Source: Bacteroidota bacterium
GTDB lineage: Bacteria; Bacteroidota; Bacteroidia; NS11-12g; UBA9320
NCBI GenBank assembly: GCA_024645005.1
Contig: JAHEGS010000006.1
Coordinates: 21,981-85,980, forward strand
Length of the DNA stretch: 64,000 nt
Direction: 5' to 3'
Positions 1 through 9,656 of this stretch are shown here, piece by piece; position 1 is the first letter of the stretch, and each line of letters starts with the position of its first letter. A model generated the notes under the pieces. It worked only from the letters and a program-made list of their open reading frames with translations, did no database searches and was not told where the DNA came from. The translations under genes were made by a program, and so were the position numbers.

Positions 1-1
1 T

Positions 2-169
2 GTTGATCTCGGTCTTAAAAAGGTAGAAGTACTTGTTAAGGGACCTGGTGCTGGTAGAGAATCAGCTATTCGAACATTAAGTCAAGCTGGTTTGGAGGTT
101 TCTGCAATTAGAGACGTTACTCCACTTCCTCACAACGGATGTCGACCACCTAAGAGACGTAGAGTTTAA
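2..169 (+). CDS. rpsK: 30S ribosomal protein S11, C-terminal fragment (5' end lies outside the window)
   Basis: Frame open from the window edge to TAA at 167-169. Translation ...[43 protein letters not shown] matches the conserved S11 C-terminus. Position upstream of rpsD-rpoA-rplQ fits the alpha operon. Confidence 0.9.
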   Translation, partial: VDLGLKKVEVLVKGPGAGRESAIRTLSQAGLEVSAIRDVTPLPHNGCRPPKRRRV

Positions 170-203
170 TTTGATTGTGGAATTTAGATAAAAGAGAAAG
201 ATA

Positions 204-806
204 ATGGCAAGATATAGAGGACCCAAAGCAAAGATTGCACGTAAGTTTAGAGAGCCCATTTTTGGACCATCTAAAGCTTTAGAAAAGAAAAATTACCCTC
301 CTGGTCAGCATGGAAATTCAAGACGAAGAGGTAAAAAATCAGAGTATGCTATTCAATTAGCTGAAAAACAAAAAGCTAAATATACGTATGGTTTGCTCGA
401 GAAACAGTTTTCATTAACCTTCGATAGAGCAGCTCGTAAAAAAGGAATTACAGGTGAGAATCTTCTTAAGTTTTTAGAAGCACGTTTGGATAATACGGTA
501 TTTAGAATGGGAATAGCACCCACACGAAGAAGTGCAAGACAGTTAGTTGGTCACAAGCACATTCGTGTTAATGGTGTCCTTACTAACATCCCTTCTTATC
601 AAGTTAAACCTGGAGATATCATTGAGGTTAGAGAAAAATCAAAATCCCTTGAAGTTATCACCGATTCAACTGCAGCTGGTAAATCTTTTAGCTGGTTAGA
701 ATTTGATAAAACAACATTGAAAGGTACTTTTTTAAATTACCCTGAGAGAGAAGATATTCCTGAGAATATCAAAGAACAATTAATAGTAGAACTTTACTCC
801 AAGTAA
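204..806 (+). CDS. rpsD: 30S ribosomal protein S4
   Basis: 200 aa starting [15 protein letters not shown]...; typical S4 N-terminus and S4 RNA-binding domain (LDNTVFRMG...[13 protein letters not shown]). Alpha-operon context. Confidence 0.95.
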   Translation: MARYRGPKAKIARKFREPIFGPSKALEKKNYPPGQHGNSRRRGKKSEYAIQLAEKQKAKYTYGLLEKQFSLTFDRAARKKGITGENLLKFLEARLDNTVFRMGIAPTRRSARQLVGHKHIRVNGVLTNIPSYQVKPGDIIEVREKSKSLEVITDSTAAGKSFSWLEFDKTTLKGTFLNYPEREDIPENIKEQLIVELYSK

Positions 807-810
807 CAAT

Positions 811-1803
811 ATGGCAATATTAGATTTTCAACAACCTGATAAGGTTATTATGCATAAAGAAACAGCCAATTATGGTCTGTTTGAATTTAGTCCTCTTGAG
901 AGAGGTTATGGTGTTACCGTTGGTAATGCCATGAGAAGAATTCTTCTTTCATCACTTGAAGGTTGGGCAATCACATCTATTCGTATACCTAGTGTAGATC
1001 ATGAGTTTTCTACCATCAAAGGAGTTTTGGAAGATGTAACTGAAATAATCCTTAACTTAAAACAAGTACGATTCAAGAAGTTAATCGACTCAAATGATTC
1101 TGAGAAGATTTTTGTATCTATTAAAGGTAAAGAGCAGTTTACTGCTGGTGAAATTGCAAGATATACGAACGCATTTGAGATATTGAATCCTGATTTTGTG
1201 ATTTGTACGATGGAGCCATATGTTAACCTTGAAATTGAATTAACAGTTGAAAAAGGTAGAGGATATGTTCCTGCTGAAGAAAATTCTGTAGACAATGCTC
1301 CTATTGGAGAGATTGCTATCGATTCTATCTTTACTCCAATTAAAAATGTGAAGTATCACGTTGAAGATTTCCGTGTAGAGCAAAAAACAGATTACGAGAA
1401 GCTCATCTTTGAAGTTAAGACTGATGGTTCAATTCATCCAGAAGAAGCTCTAAAAGAAGCATCTAAAATCATGATGAGACACCTTGTGTTGTTCTCAGAT
1501 GAGAGTATTCTTGAAGATACACAAGTACATTCTCAGAAAAATGAAGTAGATGAAAATATGCTTCACATGAGAAAAATACTTAAAACTTCATTATCAGATT
1601 TAGATTTATCAGTTAGAGCATACAACTGCTTGAAAGCTGCTGAAATCAGAACGCTAGGGGAGTTAGTAAGTTTCCACATTGAGGATTTATTGAAGTTTAG
1701 AAACTTTGGTAAAAAGTCCCTTACAGAATTGGAAGATTTTGTAAAAGAAAAAGGATTAAACTTCGGTATGGACGTTTCTAAATATAACCTTGACGACGAA
1801 TAA
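811..1803 (+). CDS. rpoA: DNA-directed RNA polymerase subunit alpha
   Basis: 330 aa. N-terminal assembly domain ([20 protein letters not shown]) and C-terminal alphaCTD helix-hairpin-helix ([23 protein letters not shown]). Confidence 0.95.
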   Translation: MAILDFQQPDKVIMHKETANYGLFEFSPLERGYGVTVGNAMRRILLSSLEGWAITSIRIPSVDHEFSTIKGVLEDVTEIILNLKQVRFKKLIDSNDSEKIFVSIKGKEQFTAGEIARYTNAFEILNPDFVICTMEPYVNLEIELTVEKGRGYVPAEENSVDNAPIGEIAIDSIFTPIKNVKYHVEDFRVEQKTDYEKLIFEVKTDGSIHPEEALKEASKIMMRHLVLFSDESILEDTQVHSQKNEVDENMLHMRKILKTSLSDLDLSVRAYNCLKAAEIRTLGELVSFHIEDLLKFRNFGKKSLTELEDFVKEKGLNFGMDVSKYNLDDE

Positions 1804-1815
1804 TAGTAAAAGAAA

Positions 1816-2499
1816 ATGAGGCACGGGAAAAAATTCAACCATTTAGGTAGAAAGAAAGGACATAGAGAGGCAATGTTGAGTAACATGGCAGCCTCACTTC
1901 TTACGCACAAGCGTATATTTACAACCACTGCGAAAGCAAAAGCACTTCGAGTATATGTGGAACCTTTGATTACTAGGTCAAAAGATAATACTACACATTC
2001 AAGAAGGGTTGTTTTTGGATATTTACAAAGCAAGGATGCAGTAAATGAATTATTTACAACTATTGCTCCAAAGGTTGCTGATCGTCCAGGAGGTTATACA
2101 CGTATCTTAAAGACTCACAATCGTCTAGGTGATAACGCCGATATGTGCATGATGGAGCTTGTTGATTTTAATGAGGCTATGCTTGAAGCAAAGTCTTCTA
2201 AATCCAAAGCTAAATCTGGTACAAAACGAACTAGAAGAGGTAAGAAAACAGATAAAACGGCTACTGCTACACCTGCAGCAGAAACAACTCCAGTAGAAGA
2301 AGTAACACCTGTAGTTGAGGATGCTGTTGTTGTGGAAGAAACTTCTGTTTCAGAAGAAGCTCCTAAGGGAGAAGATGCTCCCGAGAAGGCTCCCAAGAAA
2401 GAAGTAAAGGCAGAAACTGCCAAGAAAAAGCCTGCTGCTAAAAAGAAAGCACCGGCTAAAAAAGCAGCTTCTAAAAAAGAAGATAAAGAAGAAAAGTAA
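1816..2499 (+). CDS. rplQ: 50S ribosomal protein L17 with a long low-complexity C-terminal extension
   Basis: N-terminal ~120 aa is canonical L17 ([25 protein letters not shown]...GGYTRILK). Residues ~125-227 are a K/A/E/T/P-rich tail. Confidence 0.9.
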   Translation: MRHGKKFNHLGRKKGHREAMLSNMAASLLTHKRIFTTTAKAKALRVYVEPLITRSKDNTTHSRRVVFGYLQSKDAVNELFTTIAPKVADRPGGYTRILKTHNRLGDNADMCMMELVDFNEAMLEAKSSKSKAKSGTKRTRRGKKTDKTATATPAAETTPVEEVTPVVEDAVVVEETSVSEEAPKGEDAPEKAPKKEVKAETAKKKPAAKKKAPAKKAASKKEDKEEK

Positions 2500-2520
2500 T
2501 TTTCTTCACATCACATACAA

Positions 2521-2553
2521 AAAGAGGCTTCCAAATTTGGAAACCTCTTTTTT
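2521..2553. terminator. Bidirectional intrinsic terminator between convergent rplQ and the M42 peptidase gene
   Basis: Hairpin AAAGAGGCTTCC-aaattt-GGAAACCTCTTT with one C/A mismatch. T-run follows on the + strand and a TTTTGT run on the - strand. Confidence 0.6.
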
Positions 2554-2571
2554 GTTATCTGTTATTTTGAT

Positions 2572-3642
2572 TTATTTAAAGTATCTAAAATCTTGTCCTG
2601 CTTTTAGAGAACAAATCGTGTGATACATTAATTGAATACAATTTTCTATATCTGAGTAGGCTACAGTTTCTACGGTAGTATGCATATACTTTAATGGAAG
2701 TGATACCAGAGCTGAAGCTACACCGATGTCACTATAGGCAAATGCATCGGTATCTGTACCTGTGCTTCTGCTTGCCGCTTGTTTTTGAAGTGTTATTTTG
2801 TTTTTTTCTGCTACATTAATGATGTGTTGGAGAAGGTTGTTTTGAACTGCCGGTCCAGTAGTTACTGCTGGTCCACCTCCACACGAAGTATCTCCTTGCA
2901 CTTTTTTATTATACATGGGGCTTTGTGTATCGTGAGTTACATCAGTAACAATCGCTACATTGGGTTTCAGCCTTCGACTGATCATTTCTGCACCTCGAAG
3001 ACCTATTTCTTCTTGAACAGAATTGACAATGTATAATGTAAAGGGCAGTTCTTTTTTATTTTCTTTTAGCAATCTGGCCACCTCAGCAATCATAAAACCA
3101 CCACCTCTATTGTCAATGGCACGGGCTACTACATATTTTTTATTGAGTTCCATCATTTCAGCATCGAAAGTAACCACTGTTCCAACATCAATTCCCATAG
3201 AAAGGACCTCTTTTTTATTCGATGCCCCCACGTCAATCGTTAGGTTTTTAAGTGACGGCTTTTCTTCTCTTTCACGATTTCGTACATGGATGGCTGGCCA
3301 ACCAAATACCCCATCGACTTTTCCTTTTTGGGTATGTAGTTTGACACGCATACTCGGTGCTATTTGGTGATCGCTTCCTCCATTTCGGATGACATAGATG
3401 TACCCTTTGTCGTCAATATAATTTACGAACCACGCTATTTCGTCTGCGTGTGCTTCTAATACTACTTTATATTCTTTTCCTGGGTTGATCACGCCTACAA
3501 CGGACCCGTACACATCCACTTCATATTCATCGATGTACGGTTTGAGGTATTCCAGCCAAACTTTTTGTCCAGCAGTTTCAAAACCGGTGGGTGCATTTGC
3601 GTTAAGATAATCACGTAAGAATTTTTTGCTTTCTTTTCTCAT
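2572..3642 (-). CDS. M42 family metallopeptidase (glutamyl aminopeptidase / FrvX-like)
   Basis: 356 aa. M42-type blocks such as EAHADEIAWFVNYIDDKGYIYV, AIDNRGG, VQEEIGLRGA and the VTHDTQSP region. Confidence 0.75.
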   Translation of the reverse strand: MRKESKKFLRDYLNANAPTGFETAGQKVWLEYLKPYIDEYEVDVYGSVVGVINPGKEYKVVLEAHADEIAWFVNYIDDKGYIYVIRNGGSDHQIAPSMRVKLHTQKGKVDGVFGWPAIHVRNREREEKPSLKNLTIDVGASNKKEVLSMGIDVGTVVTFDAEMMELNKKYVVARAIDNRGGGFMIAEVARLLKENKKELPFTLYIVNSVQEEIGLRGAEMISRRLKPNVAIVTDVTHDTQSPMYNKKVQGDTSCGGGPAVTTGPAVQNNLLQHIINVAEKNKITLQKQAASRSTGTDTDAFAYSDIGVASALVSLPLKYMHTTVETVAYSDIENCIQLMYHTICSLKAGQDFRYFK

Positions 3643-3648
3643 GTATCA

Positions 3649-3656
3649 CAAATTTA
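3649..3656 (-). promoter_or_regulatory. Candidate Bacteroidota -7 promoter box (TAAATTTG on the - strand) for the M42 peptidase gene
   Basis: + strand CAAATTTA is the reverse complement of TAAATTTG and matches TAnnTTTG exactly. It lies 6 nt upstream of the ATG whose A is at 3642. Confidence 0.35.
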
Positions 3657-3687
3657 AGCTTACAAAGGGTTAAATGAATGTTTTTGC

Positions 3688-6600
3688 CTAATTAGAGAAA
3701 ACTTTGCCCACCAATTGCTTAACGGAAATAGTCAATCGATCCATAAGGTAGTACATCACCGGAACAATAACCAACGTTAGAAACGTTGAAAAAATCAGTC
3801 CGTAAATTACAGCCCATGCCATGGGTCCCCAGAAGTCTGCATTTTGTCCACCCCAGTATAATTCTGCATTTCCTTGACTGAGCAGCCCCACAAAATTGAT
3901 ATTTAAACCTATAGCAAGTGGAAATAAACCCAGCACTGTAGTAATAGCTGTTAACAAAACAGGTCTCAGTCTTGTTCTGCCTGATTCGATGATAGTGTCT
4001 TTTATCTCAGAAATACTGAGTACTTCTTTTTGTTCCATTCCCTTAGCTGCTTTCTTTCTTCGTCGCAGTAAATTGGTATAATCGATAAGAACAATCGCAT
4101 TATTTACGACAATACCAGCCAATGAAATAATTCCAATACCAGACATCATGGCTGAGAATGTGGTCTGTGTGATTGAAAATGCTAAAAATACACCGACTGT
4201 ACTCATAACCACCGATAATAAGATAATGAATGGCCCCGCTATGGAGTTAAATTGAGAAACGATGATTAAGAAAATGAGAAAGACAGCAATTAGCATGGCT
4301 CCTCCAAGAAAAGCCATCGACTCTGCTTGCTCTTCTTGCTCACCAGTAAATTTAAATTCGTACCCCTCACGAATTTCATGATCAGAGAGGAGGTCTTTGA
4401 ATTGAGCTACTAATTCATTGGCGTTGGCACCTTCTTCAACTTCCGAATAGATGGAAATGACTCTTTCCATATCTTTTCGTTTAATAGACCCATAGGTCGA
4501 ATTGTATTTGGCAGTAGCCACAGCTGAAATTGGAACTTGACTAATCTGACCATTTGCCGGATTTCTAAATGTTATTCGTGTATTCAGTAGGTTGTTCAAA
4601 TTGTATCTGTATTCATCTTTGAAACGAAGTTGAATTTTGTAGTCGTCTTCACCCTGCTTGTATTTTGAAATTTCTTTTCCAAGTAGAGCCGTTCTGATTG
4701 TCCCTGCAATTTGCATGGTGCTCAATCCAAATCTTCTTGCTGATTCTTGATTTATGGAAACTTCCAACATGGGTTTCCCTAATTCTAAGTCTGTTTTGAG
4801 TTGGTCGACACCCTTCAGATTAGCGTCTTCCATCTTCTTTTTGATCTTTTCGACTTCCTCAATCAAGGTTAAGTAATTTTCCCCTTTCACTTCTACATTG
4901 ATGGGTTTACCCACTGGTGGTCCCATATTATCTTTACCAACGGTGATTTGTGCTTTTGGAAAATCTTTGGTGGCATCTTTGATGTTGCTCATGATGTCGG
5001 ATGTATTAACATCAGATAAGAATACACGCTTTTCATATTCAAAAAACGATACCGTGATACGAGCTTTATTAGGAGAAGATCCCATATTCGGGGAACCCTC
5101 GTTTGGATCAGCTGTTTTTTCTCCAACTTGTGTTAAAATCGCTTCGATAATAACACTGTCTTTTTGTACAGCTTTGGTAATTCTATTTTCTAAATCTTTG
5201 GAGATTTTATTGGTTGTTTCAATATCCGTTCCGAGTGGTGTTTCAATAAAAACATTGACATAATTCGGTTGGTTGTCAGGGAAAAATACAATGGGTGGAG
5301 GATTTAGTGCGAATGTCATCATAGAGACGATAAAGACTATAATCATCCCAATCATAAATAGGATTGGCTTCCAGCCAGTAAGTGCGTATTTGATAAATTG
5401 AGCGTATCTATTTTCGATGCGAGGCATCATTTTTTGCATAAACCAGTTTCCACCAGGAGTGAGACCATATCGATTTAAAATAGATATGAGCACACCAGCC
5501 AAAAACAATCCACCAGCAATTCCAGTAGTTCCTAAATAAAGTAAAATGGATATTAAAAATAAAATGCCATTTCTAATCCAAAACTTTCGATTTGCTGATC
5601 GTTCAGAATTTCCGATTTTAATTAAATCGGACGTAAGAACAGGGTTTACAACAAGAGCAACAAATAGTGAGGAAGAGAGAACAATAATCAATGTGATAGG
5701 CAAGTATTTGAAAAACTCACCCATCAAACTTGGCCAAAACATCAGAGGAATAAAAGCTGCTACCGTAGTAGCTGTTGAAGCAATAATCGCAGTAGCAACC
5801 TCACCTGTCCCTTCTTTAGAGGCTTGATCTTTGGTTTTTCCTTTTTCCGAGTATAATCGATAAACATTTTCAACAATCACAATTCCATTGTCGACCAGCA
5901 TCCCAAGTGCTAGAATTAATGAAAAAAGAACCATCATATTCAGCGTAGTTCCACTAAAATTTAGGATTGCAATTCCCATGAGCATACTCAATGGAATAGC
6001 TATTCCTACAAATAGTGAGTTTCTTACTCCTAAGAAAAAGACAAGTACACCTACTACCAAGAGGACACCCATGATAATACTGTTCTCCAAATTGGTAATC
6101 ATGTTTTTGGTCATTTTACTCTGGTCGTTTGTAATAACCACATCTAAATCTTTTGGAAAAATTCCAGTTTTAGCTTTTTTAACGATATTTTGAATACTTG
6201 CTGCTGCTTCAATTAAGTTGCCACCACTTTTTTTCTTGATATCAAGTGTTACTACCGGATTTCCATTTAGCCTAGCGTAACTCGTAGCCTCTTTTTGACC
6301 AAAGCTCACGGAACCGATGTCTCTTAGATAGACAATATTCTGAAATTCGTTCTTGATGATGATGTTTTCAAGATCTCTCCAATCTTTGAACTCCCCATCA
6401 ATTCGGATATTTCTTCGAGTAATATTAGATCCCTCTATGCTTTTAATATCTCCACCCGACATGGTTACATTTTCATTGATGATAGCACTTTCTACATCAT
6501 ATAAAGAAATTTCCAAAGCTTCCATTTTAACTCGATCAATGGATACTGCTACTTCTTCTTCTGATAGTCCAGTGATGTCTACTGAGGAAATAGCAGATAA

Positions 6601-7131
6601 ATTTTCTATTTCATCTTGAAGATGTTCGGCATATTCTTTTAATTTATTTTGGGGATAGTCACCTGATACATTAACATTCATTACTGGAAATTCAGAGAAA
6701 TCCATTTCCATGACACTTGGATCTGCAGGTAAATCATTGGGTAAATCAATTTTTGCACGATCAATGGCATCTTTGACTTCTAATACGGCTTTTTCTCCCT
6801 TAACGCTTAGCTCAAATTCTGCTACAATAATTGAGAAATCTTGAATATTGGTGCTGGTTAATTTTTTAAGTCCAGATATTGTATTTATCTCTTTTTCGAT
6901 TGGTCTAGACACCAAATTTTCCATATCCACAGGTGAATTACCCGGATAAGCAGTATTGATGTAAACAATGGGTTGTTTTACCTCAGGGAAACTCTCTTTT
7001 GGCATAGAATCATAGCTGTTTATTCCTATGAAAGTGATGATACCGATAATAACATAAACCGATATTTTATTATTAACAGCCCAAGATGAAAGCCTGAATT
7101 CTTTTATTATCTCGTTTATTTTCTTTGACAT
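3688..7131 (-). CDS. Efflux RND transporter permease subunit (AcrB/HAE1-like)
   Basis: 1147 aa. Two-fold TM/periplasmic-loop organisation with AcrB-type blocks (LALGMLVDNGIVIVENV, GIISLAGIVVNNAILLIDY-like). Last gene of a TetR-OMF-MFP-RND operon. Confidence 0.9.
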   Translation of the reverse strand: MSKKINEIIKEFRLSSWAVNNKISVYVIIGIITFIGINSYDSMPKESFPEVKQPIVYINTAYPGNSPVDMENLVSRPIEKEINTISGLKKLTSTNIQDFSIIVAEFELSVKGEKAVLEVKDAIDRAKIDLPNDLPADPSVMEMDFSEFPVMNVNVSGDYPQNKLKEYAEHLQDEIENLSAISSVDITGLSEEEVAVSIDRVKMEALEISLYDVESAIINENVTMSGGDIKSIEGSNITRRNIRIDGEFKDWRDLENIIIKNEFQNIVYLRDIGSVSFGQKEATSYARLNGNPVVTLDIKKKSGGNLIEAAASIQNIVKKAKTGIFPKDLDVVITNDQSKMTKNMITNLENSIIMGVLLVVGVLVFFLGVRNSLFVGIAIPLSMLMGIAILNFSGTTLNMMVLFSLILALGMLVDNGIVIVENVYRLYSEKGKTKDQASKEGTGEVATAIIASTATTVAAFIPLMFWPSLMGEFFKYLPITLIIVLSSSLFVALVVNPVLTSDLIKIGNSERSANRKFWIRNGILFLISILLYLGTTGIAGGLFLAGVLISILNRYGLTPGGNWFMQKMMPRIENRYAQFIKYALTGWKPILFMIGMIIVFIVSMMTFALNPPPIVFFPDNQPNYVNVFIETPLGTDIETTNKISKDLENRITKAVQKDSVIIEAILTQVGEKTADPNEGSPNMGSSPNKARITVSFFEYEKRVFLSDVNTSDIMSNIKDATKDFPKAQITVGKDNMGPPVGKPINVEVKGENYLTLIEEVEKIKKKMEDANLKGVDQLKTDLELGKPMLEVSINQESARRFGLSTMQIAGTIRTALLGKEISKYKQGEDDYKIQLRFKDEYRYNLNNLLNTRITFRNPANGQISQVPISAVATAKYNSTYGSIKRKDMERVISIYSEVEEGANANELVAQFKDLLSDHEIREGYEFKFTGEQEEQAESMAFLGGAMLIAVFLIFLIIVSQFNSIAGPFIILLSVVMSTVGVFLAFSITQTTFSAMMSGIGIISLAGIVVNNAIVLIDYTNLLRRRKKAAKGMEQKEVLSISEIKDTIIESGRTRLRPVLLTAITTVLGLFPLAIGLNINFVGLLSQGNAELYWGGQNADFWGPMAWAVIYGLIFSTFLTLVIVPVMYYLMDRLTISVKQLVGKVFSN

Positions 7132-7145
7132 AATTTCGATTTAAA

Positions 7146-8285
7146 TTATTCAGTAATAATTTTTACTTCATCACCAACAATTACTGAGTTCACACCCTCA
7201 GTAATCACCATATCACCTGGTGCAAGTCCAGATTTGATGATTGTTTCGTTGGGGAATTGTTTGTCAATTTTAATGATACTTTTTTGAACAGTTTTCTTAT
7301 TGCCATTAGTTTTTATGGTATAGATAAAGTGTTGCCCATTTGCTATGCGAACCAATTTTGTAGGAACGCTTATAGCATCATTCGCTTCATAATCGTGAGC
7401 AGTTATCATTGCCAATAGGTTGGGCTTCATCATTTTAATGTGTTTGGTTGGTTTTACATAGAATGAAAAAGTTCTGTTGTTGGCATTAATCACATTACTT
7501 ACAGCAGATACTTTTTCAGTGGTGTTTAATTCAATAGAAGGGAATGAAATACTTACTTCTTGCCCTACGTTTAATTTGCCTAAATAAGTTTCTGAGGCAG
7601 ATGCCACGATTTTAATGTCGCTTAAGTTTACGATACGAGCTATAGGTCCGCCAGTCATACTTCCAACGAATTCACCTTCATTGGCCATAATTTCATCTAC
7701 AGTTCCACTAATTGGTGAACGAAGAGAATATTTCCCCAGCTGTGTTTGTGCGGTTTGGATTGCATTTTGTAATTGCTCGTATTGATTTTTTGCTTGTAGA
7801 TATTGCATTTCGCTACCTATATTTTTATTCCACAAACGTTGTTGTTTTTCAAAATTGAGTTTTGTAAGTTCCAAACTTCCCTCTAACTCATTTATTTGAG
7901 CATTAGCTGTACTTGCATCTAATGTTGCAATTATTTGACCTTTAGAGACTTTCTGACCCTCCCTGACATGCAGACTTATAATTTTTGCGGGTACTTCAGG
8001 TGAAACTAGTACATTTCGGTCTGATTTTACAATACCCTGAACTTCAAATGGATTTTTAAAAACGTCTTTTTTTACCTCCATAGCCATGACTGCTATGGCA
8101 TTATCTCGAGCATTTGTATCCAATGACTGAATTTCTCGTTTAAGATCTAATATTTCTTTTTTGAGTGAAACTAAGTCTTTCTCTTTTTGAGTTAGTTGTT
8201 CTTGTTTCTGTTGAATTTCAGTCAAATCTTTTTTGCCACATGCTGCAGCTAAAAGAATGATTAATAGGATTGATATATTTTTCAT
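7146..8285 (-). CDS. Efflux RND transporter periplasmic adaptor subunit (MFP/HlyD family)
   Basis: 379 aa. Lipoprotein-like signal (LLAAACG), coiled-coil hairpin, lipoyl and beta-barrel segments (IISLHVREGQKVSKGQIIATLD). Sits between the OMF and RND genes. Confidence 0.85.
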   Translation of the reverse strand: MKNISILLIILLAAACGKKDLTEIQQKQEQLTQKEKDLVSLKKEILDLKREIQSLDTNARDNAIAVMAMEVKKDVFKNPFEVQGIVKSDRNVLVSPEVPAKIISLHVREGQKVSKGQIIATLDASTANAQINELEGSLELTKLNFEKQQRLWNKNIGSEMQYLQAKNQYEQLQNAIQTAQTQLGKYSLRSPISGTVDEIMANEGEFVGSMTGGPIARIVNLSDIKIVASASETYLGKLNVGQEVSISFPSIELNTTEKVSAVSNVINANNRTFSFYVKPTKHIKMMKPNLLAMITAHDYEANDAISVPTKLVRIANGQHFIYTIKTNGNKKTVQKSIIKIDKQFPNETIIKSGLAPGDMVITEGVNSVIVGDEVKIITE

Positions 8286-8333
8286 TTAAATGTAGTTTTA
8301 TATTTTGTGATTGATATTTTATTTCGTTTAAGA

Positions 8334-9656
8334 TTATAATATACCGTATGCTTTTTTTAGGTTAATATGAGCTATGTTAAGTTCGTATAGTGCATTTAGA
8401 TAATTTATTTTAGCTTGAGTGAATTCATTATCCGCAGATACTGCCTCAAAGCTACTCCCAACTCCCTCTTTGAATTTTGTTGAAGTGGTGCTATAAATAG
8501 CTTCTGCTAGTTGTTTGTTTTGTTCTTGAAGCTGAAGTGTTTTTTTCGCTTCATCATAGGCATTTACAGCCTGATTTAATTCCAAGTTAATCCCTCGAAG
8601 TGTTTGGTTCTTATTGTTTTCAGTTTGCTTAATCTTAATCTTGACTTGATCAATTTTTGCTTTTTTATAAAAGCCATCAAATAGGGGTAATTGTAGTGCG
8701 ATTCCATATCTACCGTTACCATACCAGTCATTCCCTAAGTCTGAGAACTGATCTTCCACAGCAAACGTACTAGAACCATAAGAAAAGTTCCCATACAAGT
8801 TAGGCATATATCCTACTTTATATCGTTTGAGATCAAGTTCGTTTAATAATTGTTGTTGATCCAGCATTTTAATCTCTATTCGGTTGTCAGGGTCAAAGTT
8901 TATAGACGATAAATCATTCTCAATAGTTGAGGGTAGTGGAGTAGTTAGTTCTATTTTTTGACTAATATCCATTCCAATGGTATTCAATAAAAGTTGTCGT
9001 GTAAGCGTGGTTTGATTTGATACCCGAGTCAAATTGACATCCAAATTAGATACAGCAAGAATGATTCGATCGACATCCAATTTTTCTGCAAAACCTGCCT
9101 TGTACATCGCTTCTGTTTCAGATTGAAGCTGAACCATATTCTCATAGCTAGTTTTTAGTTGTTCCAAGTTTTGATTGGCAATTAATGCCATGAAATAAGC
9201 TTTGGAAACCGCTTCTTTTACCTCAATTTCAGTAGCTGATTTGCTTAATTCACTAATTTTTACAAATTCAGATGATGCTTTTACGCCAAGAAAAAAAGTT
9301 CCATCAAATAGCAATTGACTTACTCCAATACTTGCGTTAGCATTAAAAGGTACTCCAAATTGAACAGCGAGGTTTGTGCCTGGTTGACCCACAAAATCTC
9401 CTGGGATAATTTGTGTTGGAACCTCAAAAGTATGATTGAAGTCAGCATTTCCATTAATCTGTGGTAATCCCTTGGATAACACCTCACTCACTTGTGTTTT
9501 TGCATGCTTGATGTCTAAGCTAGCATTTAATAGCTGCGTATTCTTCTGCTTAGCTAGAGTGATGGCATTATCGAGCGATAATGACAACACCTCAGGTGTT
9601 TGTGAAAACCCGATTAGGTTGATAGCTAGAATAAATAGCGATAATAGATATTTCAT
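8334..9656 (-). CDS. TolC family outer-membrane efflux protein
   Basis: 440 aa. Signal peptide and two tandem OEP repeats with long helical segments, typical of a Bacteroidota TolC-like protein. Its ATG overlaps the TetR stop (TAATG on the - strand at 9654-9658). Confidence 0.85.
   Translation of the reverse strand: MKYLLSLFILAINLIGFSQTPEVLSLSLDNAITLAKQKNTQLLNASLDIKHAKTQVSEVLSKGLPQINGNADFNHTFEVPTQIIPGDFVGQPGTNLAVQFGVPFNANASIGVSQLLFDGTFFLGVKASSEFVKISELSKSATEIEVKEAVSKAYFMALIANQNLEQLKTSYENMVQLQSETEAMYKAGFAEKLDVDRIILAVSNLDVNLTRVSNQTTLTRQLLLNTIGMDISQKIELTTPLPSTIENDLSSINFDPDNRIEIKMLDQQQLLNELDLKRYKVGYMPNLYGNFSYGSSTFAVEDQFSDLGNDWYGNGRYGIALQLPLFDGFYKKAKIDQVKIKIKQTENNKNQTLRGINLELNQAVNAYDEAKKTLQLQEQNKQLAEAIYSTTSTKFKEGVGSSFEAVSADNEFTQAKINYLNALYELNIAHINLKKAYGIL

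Noticed and set aside
1563-2033. 156-aa - strand ORF spanning the rpoA/rplQ junction. The 98-aa ORF at 999-1295 falls in the same category.
   Set aside because: It is antisense to highly conserved ribosomal/RNAP genes and has no motif support.
2115-2423. 102-aa - strand ORF rich in S/T/A/V.
   Set aside because: It is the mirror image of the low-complexity K/A/E/T/P tail of rplQ; repeats of this composition stay open on the opposite strand by construction.
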